Positions 40,031-50,629 of a stretch of DNA of 64,000 nt are shown one piece after another; within the stretch, counting starts at the first letter, position 1; the number at the start of each line of letters is the position of its first letter. A program made the translations under genes and the position numbers. Source of the stretch: an uncultured Pelagibacteraceae bacterium (GTDB lineage Bacteria > Pseudomonadota > Alphaproteobacteria > Pelagibacterales > Pelagibacteraceae); the NCBI GenBank assembly GCA_902570505.1, contig CACFYR010000002.1:1540-65539 (forward strand), written 5' to 3'. Under the pieces are notes generated by a model, which made no database searches, was not told the DNA's origin, and saw only the letters and a list, made by a program, of their open reading frames with translations.

Positions 40031-40083
40031 TATGACACTCTATATAGTGTCTTTATTCTTAAAAACAAGATAAGTAGATATTA

Positions 40084-40893
40084 ATGACAGATGAAAAAAC
40101 GAGCATTAATGACGCTAGGAGAAAAAGGTTTGAAAAAAACCCTATAAAAGGAACAAAATTTACAATTGCTATCTCTAGCGCCAAAGGGGGTGTTGGAAAG
40201 TCTACTTTTGCAACAAATTTAGCTTTAGCATTAAAAAACTTAAATTTAAAAATTGGCCTCCTTGATGCAGATATATATGGACCATCTTTACCAAAATTAT
40301 TCGCAATAAACCAAAAACCAGAGAATAAAGAAGGTAAGCTTATACCGGTGAATAAATATAATATTCAATGCATGTCTATGGGTTTTTTAACTGAAGAACA
40401 AACTCCTATGATTTGGCGTGGACCCATGGTGACTAGTGCAATTAAAACCTTTGCTCAAAAAGTAGAATGGAAAGATCTTGATTTTATTATAGTGGATATG
40501 CCACCCGGTACTGGTGATACTCAACTTACTTTCGCGCAAGAAATTAAAATGGACGGTGTAATTATAGTATCAACGCCTCAAGAACTTGCATTACAAGATG
40601 TGAAAAGAGGAATTGCTATGTTTGATAAATTAAATGTAAATATTATTGGTTTAGTTGATAATATGAGTTTTTTTCTAGGAGATGATGGAAAAAAATATCG
40701 TATTTTTGGAGAGGGAGGTGTCAAGCGAACCTCAGAAGAATTTAAAAAAAAATTTCTAGGTGAAATTCCTATAAATTCTGAAGTTGGAAAATTTGGTGAT
40801 TTAGGAAAACCAATTGTACAGAGTATGCCAGATCATGAGATATCAAAAATTTATGCAAATTTTGCAGAGCAGGTTAAATCAATTTATCTTTGA
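40084..40893 (+). CDS. mrp: Mrp/ApbC/NBP35 Fe-S cluster carrier ATPase
   Basis: [29 protein letters not shown]. Confidence 0.92.
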   Translation: MTDEKTSINDARRKRFEKNPIKGTKFTIAISSAKGGVGKSTFATNLALALKNLNLKIGLLDADIYGPSLPKLFAINQKPENKEGKLIPVNKYNIQCMSMGFLTEEQTPMIWRGPMVTSAIKTFAQKVEWKDLDFIIVDMPPGTGDTQLTFAQEIKMDGVIIVSTPQELALQDVKRGIAMFDKLNVNIIGLVDNMSFFLGDDGKKYRIFGEGGVKRTSEEFKKKFLGEIPINSEVGKFGDLGKPIVQSMPDHEISKIYANFAEQVKSIYL

Positions 40894-41821
40894 GACTGAA
40901 AGCTAACATCAGCTCATTCCATTCTCTTTTTGATAAATCTGTCTCTTCTATAGAAATTTTTTCTCCTTTAATTAGTTTTTTTATAATCTCTTTACCTTTC
41001 GAAGATATTTCTGTACCACCTACTCTATAATCCATAAACGCGTCATAAGTAATTGGGACCCATCTCTTTAATGTGTTAAGCATCACATCTGCATATGCTC
41101 TTATTTCGTATTGAGCATGGTGGTCAGCTCTCAAACGTAAAAAATTCATTAAATTTAATAGATCAGTTTTCCAATACCATTGGGTATATGTGTTTAATGT
41201 AAGATTCATACGAGCCAGCTCTCTAGCTAAACCAGTTTTACTTTCATCAATTACTGAGCCATCGTATCTTTCATTTAACATTTCCTCGTAATTTTTATAT
41301 GTACGTTCAGCATCATCCTTTAAAAGGCTTAACACCTCCTCAGCTTGACCACCACTAATTACATTGCCTCTTCCTTGTCTATTATTCGTAGATTGAGCAG
41401 CAAGATTTTCTTTTGAAGGTAGATAAAATTCTTTGTCTAAAATAGAATATCTTGCCGAATACTCGTTAACATTGGCTGTCCTATGTCTTATCCATTGTCT
41501 TGCAATAAAAATTGGAAGCTTAACATGATACTTTATCTCACACATTTCAAATGGTGTACTATGCCAATGTCTCATTAAATATTTTATAAGACCTGAGTCT
41601 GTATTAACTTTTTTTGTTCCTTTTCCATAAGAAACTCTAGCAGCTTGAACAATTGAATTATCATTTCCCATATAATCAATTACCCTAATAAAACCATGAT
41701 CTAGTATTGGTAAAGCCTCGTATAATATTACCTCAAGCTCAGGAGCAGTAACTCTTTTAGTTTTATAGCTTTGGGACTGTAAATCCTTAATTTCCTGAGA
41801 CTGTTCTTTTGTTAATTTCAT
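40874..41821 (-). CDS. thyX: FAD-dependent thymidylate synthase
   Basis: [32 protein letters not shown]. Confidence 0.96.
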   Translation of the reverse strand: MKLTKEQSQEIKDLQSQSYKTKRVTAPELEVILYEALPILDHGFIRVIDYMGNDNSIVQAARVSYGKGTKKVNTDSGLIKYLMRHWHSTPFEMCEIKYHVKLPIFIARQWIRHRTANVNEYSARYSILDKEFYLPSKENLAAQSTNNRQGRGNVISGGQAEEVLSLLKDDAERTYKNYEEMLNERYDGSVIDESKTGLARELARMNLTLNTYTQWYWKTDLLNLMNFLRLRADHHAQYEIRAYADVMLNTLKRWVPITYDAFMDYRVGGTEISSKGKEIIKKLIKGEKISIEETDLSKREWNELMLAFSLKDKLI

Positions 41822-41861
41822 TAATTGTTATTGAATCTCTAAATTAACATTTTATATTATT

Positions 41862-42121
41862 GTTGTTGGTTTTCCAACTATGACGATAAACGAATTTCGT
41901 AATAAACATTACGGACGTGGGGGCAGTACCCACCACCTCCACCATTTTCAACTTATGGGGGTGAATTAGGATCGACGGGTGTCTAAAAGCTATTCTTTCG
42001 TTCGGTATTGTACCGCCGCAAAGGGCAATTTATAAATGCAAATAATAAATTTGCACTTGCAGCTTAATTAATTTTTTAATTAAGTTACGGGGTTTGGGGC
42101 ACCTGGCAACAGAACGCCCCC
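41862..42121 (+). ncRNA. ssrA: Two-piece (circularly permuted) tmRNA; tag ANNKFALAA
   Basis: Acceptor piece ends GTGGG-GGCAGTA-CCCAC-CACCTCC-A-CCA (to 41944). After a 12-nt spacer the coding piece starts GGGGGTG (41957), giving G3-U70. Tag ORF GCA AAT AAT AAA TTT GCA CTT GCA GCT TAA at 42038-42067. Ends are approximate. Confidence 0.93.
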
Positions 42122-42152
42122 TAAATTATACATAAATTTAAATAAATATTTG

Positions 42153-42236
42153 TGCGGCCAGAGAGACTCGAACTCTCATGGGATATTTCCCACTTGGCCC
42201 TCAACCAAGCCTGTCTACCAATTTCAGCATGGCCGC
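42153..42236 (-). tRNA. tRNA-Leu(GAG)
   Basis: GCGGCCA/TGGCCGC acceptor stem, CTTGG-TTGAGGG-CCAAG anticodon arm, long variable arm, GTTCGAG T-loop; CCA not encoded. Confidence 0.95.
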
Positions 42237-42240
42237 TTAT

Positions 42241-42274
42241 GCGGCAGATTAAGTGAATGACAACACTATTTCAA
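42241..42274 (-). promoter_or_regulatory. Stable-RNA type promoter for tRNA-Leu
   Basis: TTGAAA-N17-TAATCT followed by a GC-rich discriminator GCCGC. Confidence 0.55.
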
Positions 42275-42290
42275 GTTGATAAAATTAAAT

Positions 42291-43280
42291 ATGGAATTTA
42301 CATCTGAAATTAAAAAAGCTACTGACCCAATATATCAAAAAATTTCCAAAGCCATTCCAGAAATAGAGTGGTCTATACACGCTCCATATATCTACGAAAT
42401 TAATAAATTAAAAAAAGAAAAAAATGCAATAATTCTTGCACACAATTATCAAACACCAGAAATCTATCATGGAATATCAGATTTTTCTGCAGATTCCTTG
42501 GCACTAGCAGTTAAAGCTGCAGAGACTAAAGCTGATATAATCATAATGTGCGGAGTACATTTCATGGCTGAGACAGCAAAATTGATGAATCCCAAAAAAA
42601 AAGTTTTATTGCCAGATATGAGAGCAGGTTGTTCTTTATCATCATCTGTTACTGGTGATGATGTTAGAAAATTGAAGAAAAAATATCCTGGAGTTCCTGT
42701 TGTATCCTATGTGAATACCTCGGCTGAGGTAAAAGCAGAAACAGATGTATGTTGTACCTCAGCAAATGCTGTGAAAATCGTTAATTCATTAGGTGTAAAT
42801 AAAGTAATCTTCCTTCCTGATGACTATCTAGCAAAATACGTAGCTTCGCAAACAGATGTAGAAATAATATCATGGAAAGGAACATGTGAAGTTCATGAGA
42901 AGTTCAATGATGAGGAAATAAATGAAATTAGAAAAAACAATCCAGATATTAAAATTATTGCTCATCCAGAATGTCCTCCTGATGTTATTAAAGCAAGTGA
43001 TTTTGCAGGATCAACAAGTGGTATGATTAAATATGTAAAAGATAATCAGCCAAAAAAAGTTATGATGGTCACAGAATGTTCAATGAGCGATAATATTCAA
43101 ATAGATAATCCAAATGTAGAATTTATAAGACCTTGCAACTTATGTCCTCATATGAAACGGATAACTTTACCGAAAATACTCGATTGTCTAAAAAGCGAGA
43201 GCAACGAAATTTTAATGAGTAATGAAACCATTGAGAAAGCTAAGAAGTCAGTTGAAAGAATGGCCAAAGTAGGCAGATAA
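42291..43280 (+). CDS. nadA: Quinolinate synthase
   Basis: LAHNYQ, CGVHFMAE, GCSL, SYVNTS, AHPECP, CPHM; likely ATG start at 42291. Confidence 0.96.
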   Translation: MEFTSEIKKATDPIYQKISKAIPEIEWSIHAPYIYEINKLKKEKNAIILAHNYQTPEIYHGISDFSADSLALAVKAAETKADIIIMCGVHFMAETAKLMNPKKKVLLPDMRAGCSLSSSVTGDDVRKLKKKYPGVPVVSYVNTSAEVKAETDVCCTSANAVKIVNSLGVNKVIFLPDDYLAKYVASQTDVEIISWKGTCEVHEKFNDEEINEIRKNNPDIKIIAHPECPPDVIKASDFAGSTSGMIKYVKDNQPKKVMMVTECSMSDNIQIDNPNVEFIRPCNLCPHMKRITLPKILDCLKSESNEILMSNETIEKAKKSVERMAKVGR

Positions 43281-43284
43281 AAAT

Positions 43285-44121
43285 GTGTCTAAAATTATAT
43301 TAAGTCAAAAATATATATCAAATATATGTAAGCTAGCTTTGAACGAGGATCTGTATCCCTCGGGAGATATAACTACCGATTTAATAACACACAAATTAAA
43401 TAAATCTGCAAAAATAGTTTCGAATGAACAAGGTATTTTAGCTGGTACTGATTTTGTTAAGCATACGTTTAATTTAATTGACAAAAAAATTAAGGTAACT
43501 TTTAAAAAAAAAAACGGATCAACTATCAAAAAAGGTGAGGTGATATGTGTTATTAAAGGGGAGATTAAAAATATATTAATAGGTGAAAGAGTAGCATTAA
43601 ATTTTTTATCACATATCTCAGGTATCGCAACTGAAACTAATAAATATGTTAAAATTGTGAGAGGAAAATGTAAAATTTGTTGTACCAGAAAAACTATTCC
43701 TAATTTTAGAGTAATACAAAAATATGCTGTAAAGATAGGCGGAGGTGAGAATCATAGATTTAATTTAAGTGATGAATTTCTGATTAAAGATAATCATATT
43801 TCAGCCGTCAAAAGTATAAAAGATTTAATTATTGCAGCAGCCAAAAAAAAAATGAAAAGAAAAATTACAGTTGAAATTGATAACCTAAAACAACTTAGAT
43901 CAATTATAGGTTTAAAATTTGATAGAATTCTTTTTGATAACATGGACTTAAAAACTTTGAAAAAAGGTATTAGATTGGTAAAAAAAAACTATGAAACCGA
44001 AGCATCAGGAAATATTAATTTAAAAAATTTGAAATATATTTGTTCATCTGGAGTAGATAGAATTTCTGTAGGCAGAATTACACATAGTGCTCCGTCAATA
44101 GATTTTAAACTTGAACTATAA
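43285..44121 (+). CDS. nadC: Nicotinate-nucleotide diphosphorylase (carboxylating)
   Basis: GDITT, ERVALN, TRKT, HRFNLSD, IKDNH, EASG. Confidence 0.95.
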   Translation: MSKIILSQKYISNICKLALNEDLYPSGDITTDLITHKLNKSAKIVSNEQGILAGTDFVKHTFNLIDKKIKVTFKKKNGSTIKKGEVICVIKGEIKNILIGERVALNFLSHISGIATETNKYVKIVRGKCKICCTRKTIPNFRVIQKYAVKIGGGENHRFNLSDEFLIKDNHISAVKSIKDLIIAAAKKKMKRKITVEIDNLKQLRSIIGLKFDRILFDNMDLKTLKKGIRLVKKNYETEASGNINLKNLKYICSSGVDRISVGRITHSAPSIDFKLEL

Positions 44122-44125
44122 ATTC

Positions 44126-46783
44126 TTATTTTTTTAATTCAGCTTGGGCAGCTGCAAGTCTAGCTACAGGAACTCTATATGGAGAACAAGAGACATAATC
44201 TAATCCAGTTTTGGAGCAAAAATAAATGCTTTTTGGATCACCTCCGTGCTCACCGCAAATGCCTAATTTAATTTTGTTGTTTTGTTTTTTTCCTTTTTGA
44301 GATGCAATTTCAACCAAATTACCAACTCCCTCATCAATGGAAACAAAAGGGTCAATTTCAAAAATTTTGTTTTCAATATAATCATTTAAAAATTTACCAC
44401 TATCATCTCTACTTATCCCAAAGGTAGTTTGTGTTAAGTCGTTAGTTCCAAAACTAAAAAATTCAGCATGTTTGGCAATATCTTTAGCTTTTAAAGCTGC
44501 TCTTGGTAATTCAATCATTGTACCAACTAAAAAGTTCAATTTTATTTTATGATCCTTTTCAACCTTTTTAGCAACTTTTATAACAAGATCTTTCATTATT
44601 CTGATTTCAGCTTCAGTTGAAACTAGCGGTATCATTATTTCTGGAATTATTGATTTTATTTTATTTTTTTTACATTCGACTAATGCCTCAAAAATTGCTT
44701 TACATTGCATTTCATAAATTTCTGGAAATGAGATAGCTAACCTGCAACCTCTATGACCTAACATAGGATTTTGTTCGTGTAGTTCTTGTATTCTAATTTC
44801 AACTTCGCTAAGAGATAAATTTAATGATTTTGCAACCAGCTCTATCTCATTTTTATTTTTAGGTAAGAATTCATGTAAAGGCGGGTCAAGCAATCTTACA
44901 GTTACAGGCAATCCTCTCATTATCTTAAAAATCTCTATAAAATCTTTTTTTTGATAAGGTAATAATTTTGATAAAGCTATATCTCTATCATTTTTAGATT
45001 TTGATAAAATCATTTGTCTTACAGATAAAATTCTATCTTCATCAAAAAACATATGCTCTGTTCTACAAAGTCCAATTCCCTCAGCACCAAAATCTCTTGC
45101 AATTTTAGTATCTACTGGTGTTTCTGAATTAGTTCTAACTCTTAATTTTCTAAAAATATCTGACCAACTCATTACTTTTTGAAAATCTCCAGATATTTCA
45201 GGTTTCATAGTTTTAACTTCTCCTAATATAATTCTTCCTGTTGTCCCATCTATTGTAATTATATCTCCCTCTTTGATTAAATAATTTTTTGTTTTGAAAA
45301 TTTTTTTTCTATAATCAATTTCTATTTCACTAGATCCAGATACACATGGTCTTCCCATGCCTCTTGCAACAACAGCTGCATGACTAGTCATTCCTCCTCT
45401 TGATGTCAATATTCCCTTTGCAGCATGCATCCCATTGATATCTTCAGGTGAGGTTTCTATCCTTACGAGGATAGTATCCTGCATCATGGAGTTTAATCTT
45501 TCTGCCTCATCAGAAGAGAATACAACTTTTCCACTGGCTGCACCTGGCGATGCAGGAAGTCCGTTTGCAATAACATTTATTTCACTATTTTCATCTAGTG
45601 AAGGATGAAGAAGATTGTCTAATGAGCTTGGATCTATTCTTAAAAGTGCTTCTTTTTTTGAAATTAATTTGTTTTTGACCATATCTACAGCGATCTTAAT
45701 TGCTGATTTTGCAGTCCTTTTTCCTGATCTAGTTTGAAGAATCCAAAGCTTTTTATTTTCTACAGTAAACTCTACGTCTTGCATATCTTTGTAATGTTTT
45801 TCAAGTGAAAGTAAAATTTTTTTTAGTTTTTTAAAAATTTCTGGCATAGTTTCCTCCAGAGACAGATCTTTTGATTTAGATTTTAACCTCGATTTTTTTG
45901 TAATGTATTGAGGTGTTCTAGTGCCAGCTACAACATCTTCACCCTGAGCATTTATTAAATACTCTCCATAGATTTCATTATTACCATTAGATGGATCCCT
46001 AGTAAAAACTACTCCTGTAGCACAATTTTCACCCATATTACCAAATACCATCGATTGGACATTTACTGCTGTTCCCCAATCAGAAGGAATTTGGTTTATT
46101 TTTCTGTATGTTTTTGCTCTGTTACTTTCCCAAGATAAAAATACCGCAGAAATTGCTCCTATTAACTGGGAATTTACATCTTGCGGGAAATTTTTATTTG
46201 TTTCTTGTTTTACGACATTTTTAAAATCAACAATTAAAGCCTCCCAGTCCTCGGCTATTAAATCTGTATCTAAAAGAACCCCTTTTGTTAGCTTATAATT
46301 TTCAATGATTTCCTCAAACTTATAGTTTTCTATACTCAATACAACATTAGAATACATTTGAATAAATCTTCTATAACTATCTTTTGCAAATCTTTTATTT
46401 TTTGTTTGATTAGACAATGCTCCAACTGTTTTATCATTTAAACCTAAATTTAAAATTGTGTCCATCATTCCTGGCATTGAAACACGAGCACCAGATCTCA
46501 CAGATAGTAGTAATGGATTTTTTAAATCACCAAATTTTTTTCCAACCTCTTTTTCTATTTGCTTAATTTCTTTTTTTATTTGATTTATAACTATTGTAGG
46601 TATCGATTTATTATTTTTATAAAATAAATCACAAACATCTGTTGAAATCGTAAAACCCTCTGGCACCGGGAACCCCATATTTCCCATCTCAGCTAAATTT
46701 GCTCCCTTTCCTCCAAGTATATTTTTAGGATATTTAAATTTAGTTGTTTGTTTACTTTTAAAATTATAAATTAATTTTTTCAT
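44126..46783 (-). CDS. ppdK: Pyruvate, phosphate dikinase
   Basis: LGGKGANL, SMPGMMDT, GGMTSHAAVVARG, GLCRTEHMF, GICGEHGG. Confidence 0.97.
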   Translation of the reverse strand: MKKLIYNFKSKQTTKFKYPKNILGGKGANLAEMGNMGFPVPEGFTISTDVCDLFYKNNKSIPTIVINQIKKEIKQIEKEVGKKFGDLKNPLLLSVRSGARVSMPGMMDTILNLGLNDKTVGALSNQTKNKRFAKDSYRRFIQMYSNVVLSIENYKFEEIIENYKLTKGVLLDTDLIAEDWEALIVDFKNVVKQETNKNFPQDVNSQLIGAISAVFLSWESNRAKTYRKINQIPSDWGTAVNVQSMVFGNMGENCATGVVFTRDPSNGNNEIYGEYLINAQGEDVVAGTRTPQYITKKSRLKSKSKDLSLEETMPEIFKKLKKILLSLEKHYKDMQDVEFTVENKKLWILQTRSGKRTAKSAIKIAVDMVKNKLISKKEALLRIDPSSLDNLLHPSLDENSEINVIANGLPASPGAASGKVVFSSDEAERLNSMMQDTILVRIETSPEDINGMHAAKGILTSRGGMTSHAAVVARGMGRPCVSGSSEIEIDYRKKIFKTKNYLIKEGDIITIDGTTGRIILGEVKTMKPEISGDFQKVMSWSDIFRKLRVRTNSETPVDTKIARDFGAEGIGLCRTEHMFFDEDRILSVRQMILSKSKNDRDIALSKLLPYQKKDFIEIFKIMRGLPVTVRLLDPPLHEFLPKNKNEIELVAKSLNLSLSEVEIRIQELHEQNPMLGHRGCRLAISFPEIYEMQCKAIFEALVECKKNKIKSIIPEIMIPLVSTEAEIRIMKDLVIKVAKKVEKDHKIKLNFLVGTMIELPRAALKAKDIAKHAEFFSFGTNDLTQTTFGISRDDSGKFLNDYIENKIFEIDPFVSIDEGVGNLVEIASQKGKKQNNKIKLGICGEHGGDPKSIYFCSKTGLDYVSCSPYRVPVARLAAAQAELKK

Positions 46784-48852
46784 TATTGAGTATCCACTTT
46801 AGTAAAATTAATATAGTTGTCAAAAGTTTTGCAAAACATGTCCAAAAGCTGTAATCTGTTCTTTTTTAATATCTTGTCCTCGTCATTAACTTGTACATTA
46901 TCAAAAAAATTTGAAACTTCTTTTTTTGCTGAAGCCAATAAAAATAATTGAGCTTGGAAATCTGTTTCAATACTTATACTTGTAAAATTTTTTTTTATTT
47001 CATTAATTTTTTTATATAAATCTTTTTCAAATTGATTTTGAAATAATCCTGGGTCGGCGGCACCTAGTATTTCGCTATCCTCTTTATCTTTCTCAGAATT
47101 TAAAATATTTGAAGCTCTTTTATAGTTTTCAATAATGTCTTTACCTAGCTGTTTATCTATAATTTTATTTAGTTTTTCTGCTTTAGAAAATATTGATGTT
47201 AATTTATCGATATTTTTTTCTAAAACTGAACTTTCAATTATATCTTGGCGTATACCTTTTTCTTTCATAAGATTCTTTAATCTATCAATAATAAATATAG
47301 ATATTTTTGGTAAAATTATCTTATTATCAAATTGCTTAGATTGATCATTATAAAGTTGACATGAATAATTAATTATTTCTTTTAATTTTAAATTTTTTTT
47401 ATTTTGTACTATTATTTTCACAAGACCAATAGTTAACCTTCTTAGCGCATATGGATCTTTTGAACTCGATGGGATCATTCCTAAACCAAAAAATCCAACT
47501 AAGGTATCAATTTTATCTGTTAAACATAATGCTACACTGTAATTTTTTTTAGGAGTATTGCTATTGGGACCAGTTGGTAAATATTGTTCTTTCAACGCTG
47601 TGCTAACCTCTTTTTCAAAACCTTGAACTTCTGCAAAATAACCTCCTAATAGTCCTTGCAGTTCAGGAAATTCGTTTACCAAATCAGATAATAAATCAAC
47701 CTTACAAATTGAAGAGGCAACTTCGATTTTTTCTTTACTTAATAAAAATACATCTGATAAATGTCCTCCTAATTTTTTCAATCTTTGAGATTTATCATAA
47801 TATGTCCCTAGACCATTAAAATAATTAATTTTTTTTAATTCACTAATTTGTTTTAACATATTTTGAGATCTATTTTTTTTCCAAAAATAATCTGCATCAG
47901 ATAATCTTGCATCAATTACGCTTTCATTTCCTTTTTTAATAAATCCCTTTATGTCTCTAGAATCTGAAACAACAATGAAATAATTAGTTAGATTATTATT
48001 TTGATCATATAATGGGAAGAATTTTTGGTAATTTTCAATAGTAATTGTTACGATCTCTTGTGGAATGTCTAAAAATTGTTTGTTGAAAGAGCATAAAATA
48101 ATATTTGGATTTTCTACAATATTAGTCACTTCCTCAAGAAGTTTATCTTTTAGGTGTATTTTTAAATTTTTAGATTTTGATATTTGATTAATTTTATTTT
48201 CAATATATTTTTTTCTTTCGTTATGATTTATTAATATTCCTGATTTTTTGAAAAAAGATGCGTAAGATTTGTAATTTTTAAAAGACTTAGTTTTATCTTC
48301 ATAATCTTTATCAATAAACGTAATATTTTTAGAGTGTAAATGGCCTAGCTTAAATTTGAGCACTTTATTTTCATAAAGTGCCATGATTGATTTAAGTGGT
48401 CTTCCCCAATAGAGATTATATTCTCCCCATTTCATTGACTTTTTCCATTTTATTCTTGAAATAATTTCTGGAATTTCATTTTGAAGTAATGACGCTGTTT
48501 TAATTTTTTTTTTGGGTGATTTATAAAAATAAAATTCTTCATTATTAATTTTTTTTTTATAAATTTGATTTTTTGAAATATTATTTGAATTAATGAATCC
48601 ATTAATCGCATCCTCAGAAGATTTGACACTTGGACCTCTAAATTCTTGGGAAGCTCTTATTGCCTCTTTTTCAATTTTTTTAAAATATATAACGAGTCTA
48701 TTAGGAGTTGAAAAACAATTATTATATCCATCGTATTTAATTTGCTCTTTGTCTAAGAAATTTTTTATGTTTTGTAACAATGTTTCTCTCACATAGCATT
48801 GAAGATTTGGTGGCATCTCTTCACTAAATAATTCTAAAAATAATTCAGACAT
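46783..48852 (-). CDS. glyS: Glycine-tRNA ligase beta subunit
   Basis: ELFSEEMP, WGRP, ARLSDA, EFPELQG, SKDPYALRR. Confidence 0.95.
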   Translation of the reverse strand: MSELFLELFSEEMPPNLQCYVRETLLQNIKNFLDKEQIKYDGYNNCFSTPNRLVIYFKKIEKEAIRASQEFRGPSVKSSEDAINGFINSNNISKNQIYKKKINNEEFYFYKSPKKKIKTASLLQNEIPEIISRIKWKKSMKWGEYNLYWGRPLKSIMALYENKVLKFKLGHLHSKNITFIDKDYEDKTKSFKNYKSYASFFKKSGILINHNERKKYIENKINQISKSKNLKIHLKDKLLEEVTNIVENPNIILCSFNKQFLDIPQEIVTITIENYQKFFPLYDQNNNLTNYFIVVSDSRDIKGFIKKGNESVIDARLSDADYFWKKNRSQNMLKQISELKKINYFNGLGTYYDKSQRLKKLGGHLSDVFLLSKEKIEVASSICKVDLLSDLVNEFPELQGLLGGYFAEVQGFEKEVSTALKEQYLPTGPNSNTPKKNYSVALCLTDKIDTLVGFFGLGMIPSSSKDPYALRRLTIGLVKIIVQNKKNLKLKEIINYSCQLYNDQSKQFDNKIILPKISIFIIDRLKNLMKEKGIRQDIIESSVLEKNIDKLTSIFSKAEKLNKIIDKQLGKDIIENYKRASNILNSEKDKEDSEILGAADPGLFQNQFEKDLYKKINEIKKNFTSISIETDFQAQLFLLASAKKEVSNFFDNVQVNDEDKILKKNRLQLLDMFCKTFDNYINFTKVDTQ

Positions 48853-49724
48853 TAAGAATTTATCTCCAAGTATTTCTCTCCAACTCCTTTTACTAATTCA
48901 CGAATTCTTAAAATATATTCTGCTCTTTGAGCAATACTTATAGCTCTTCTGGCATCTAAAATATTAAAGACATGGCTTGCCTTTAAGCATTGATCATATG
49001 CTGGCAAAGGCAATTTATTTACAATTAGATTTTTAGCCTCGTTTTCTAATATTTCAAAAATTTTTAGTAAGTTTTCTGAATTTGCTATTTCAAAATTGTA
49101 TTTTGAAAATTGTTTTTCTGTTTCAAGATGAATATCTTTATATAATAAGCCTTCTTTATTCCAAATAAGATCATAAACATTTTTCTTTTGCTGTATAAAC
49201 ATACATACTCTTTCTAAGCCATAAGTTAATTCAACTGAAATTGGATTACATTGAATGCCAGCCATTTGTTGGAAATAAGTAAATTGAGTAATTTCCATTC
49301 CATCACACCATACTTCCCAACCTAAACCGGCTGCACCTAGAGTTGGACTTTCCCAATCGTCTTCAACAAATCTAATATCGTGATCTTGATGTTCAATTCC
49401 AATTGACTTTAAACTTTCTAAGAATAATTTTTTTATGTTATCAGGAGATGGTTTAATTATAACTTGAAACTGATAATAATGTTGAAGTCTATTAGGATTT
49501 TCTCCATACCTTCCGTCTGAAGGTCTTCTTGAAGGTTGAACATATGCAGATTTCCAGGATTTAGGACCTAATGATTTTAAAGTAGTAGCAGGATGAAAGG
49601 TACCAGCTCCGACCTCCATATCATATGGTTGTAAAATTATACAACCTTTTTGGCTCCAATAATTTTGAAGTTTTAAGATAGTATCTTGAAAAGTGATTAT
49701 TTTATTTTTTTTTTTAGAAACCAT
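48852..49724 (-). CDS. glyQ: Glycine-tRNA ligase alpha subunit
   Basis: [32 protein letters not shown]; likely start at 49724 (the ORF extends to 49751). Confidence 0.96.
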   Translation of the reverse strand: MVSKKKNKIITFQDTILKLQNYWSQKGCIILQPYDMEVGAGTFHPATTLKSLGPKSWKSAYVQPSRRPSDGRYGENPNRLQHYYQFQVIIKPSPDNIKKLFLESLKSIGIEHQDHDIRFVEDDWESPTLGAAGLGWEVWCDGMEITQFTYFQQMAGIQCNPISVELTYGLERVCMFIQQKKNVYDLIWNKEGLLYKDIHLETEKQFSKYNFEIANSENLLKIFEILENEAKNLIVNKLPLPAYDQCLKASHVFNILDARRAISIAQRAEYILRIRELVKGVGEKYLEINS

Positions 49725-50520
49725 ATTTTTGCCAGATATATTTTTCCTCAACTAAATTTATTATATTTTCTAATTGAGTTTCAGAAGATAATTTTCTAGC
49801 TAACCAACTTTTAGATTTTTCAAATTTTTTAATAATAACATCTTCACCGTATTGTTTCTTTAAAATCTCATTTGCACTTCCTATTCCATCGATTAATCCA
49901 AGTTCTAAAGATTTTCTTCCCGACCAAAATTCACCGGAGAATAATTCTGTGCCACTATCTTTTTTAAGTTTTGTTGATCTGCTTTTTTCAACCACATCTA
50001 TAAAATCCTTATGTAAATCTAATTGAATATTTTTTAATCTGTCTATATCTTCTTTTTTTTCATCTAAAAAAGGATCTAATGTACTTTTATTTTTTCCTGC
50101 AGTATAAACTCTTCTTTGAACGCCAATTTTATTTATTAATTCCTTAAAACCGAATGATGAATAAATAACTCCAATTGATCCAACTATTGAGCTTTGATTT
50201 GCATAAATTTCATCGCCAGCACAAGCAATTAAATATCCACCTGATGCAGCGACATCCTCAGCGAAAACAATAACTTTTTTTTTTGTTTTTTTTGCTTGAT
50301 ATCTAATAAAATCATAAATTAAGTGCGATTGAACTGGAGATCCTCCTGGTGAATTTATCGAGATCGCTACAGCAGGTGATTTTTTTTGAGAAAAAGCTTT
50401 TTTTATAATTTCTTCTTGTCCTACAAAATCAATGCCTTGCCTAAACTTTCCGACACTCCCTATTACTCCTGTTAATCTTATTAAAGGAATAATTTTTTTT
50501 TTTTTGAAAAACGAAATCAT
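49714..50520 (-). CDS. S49 family peptidase (SppA-like)
   Basis: INSPGGS, AASGGY, GSIGV, FSGEFW. Confidence 0.9.
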   Translation of the reverse strand: MISFFKKKKIIPLIRLTGVIGSVGKFRQGIDFVGQEEIIKKAFSQKKSPAVAISINSPGGSPVQSHLIYDFIRYQAKKTKKKVIVFAEDVAASGGYLIACAGDEIYANQSSIVGSIGVIYSSFGFKELINKIGVQRRVYTAGKNKSTLDPFLDEKKEDIDRLKNIQLDLHKDFIDVVEKSRSTKLKKDSGTELFSGEFWSGRKSLELGLIDGIGSANEILKKQYGEDVIIKKFEKSKSWLARKLSSETQLENIINLVEEKYIWQKYGF

Positions 50521-50629
50521 AATTATGCTTATAGAATTTTTTTAATAATATAAATCTCCTTATAGTTGAAGATTTAGGTGCGTCAATTGATAAGTATATT
50601 AATAAATTAATTATAATACTGTCATATTT

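Noticed and set aside
41862-42290. Integrative element at ssrA/tRNA-Leu
   Set aside because: Flanked directly by the core genes thyX and nadA, with no integrase or duplicated att site.
50493-50505. 13-nt T/A homopolymer as a phase-variation tract
   Set aside because: In-frame poly-Lys codons; such runs are common throughout this AT-rich window.
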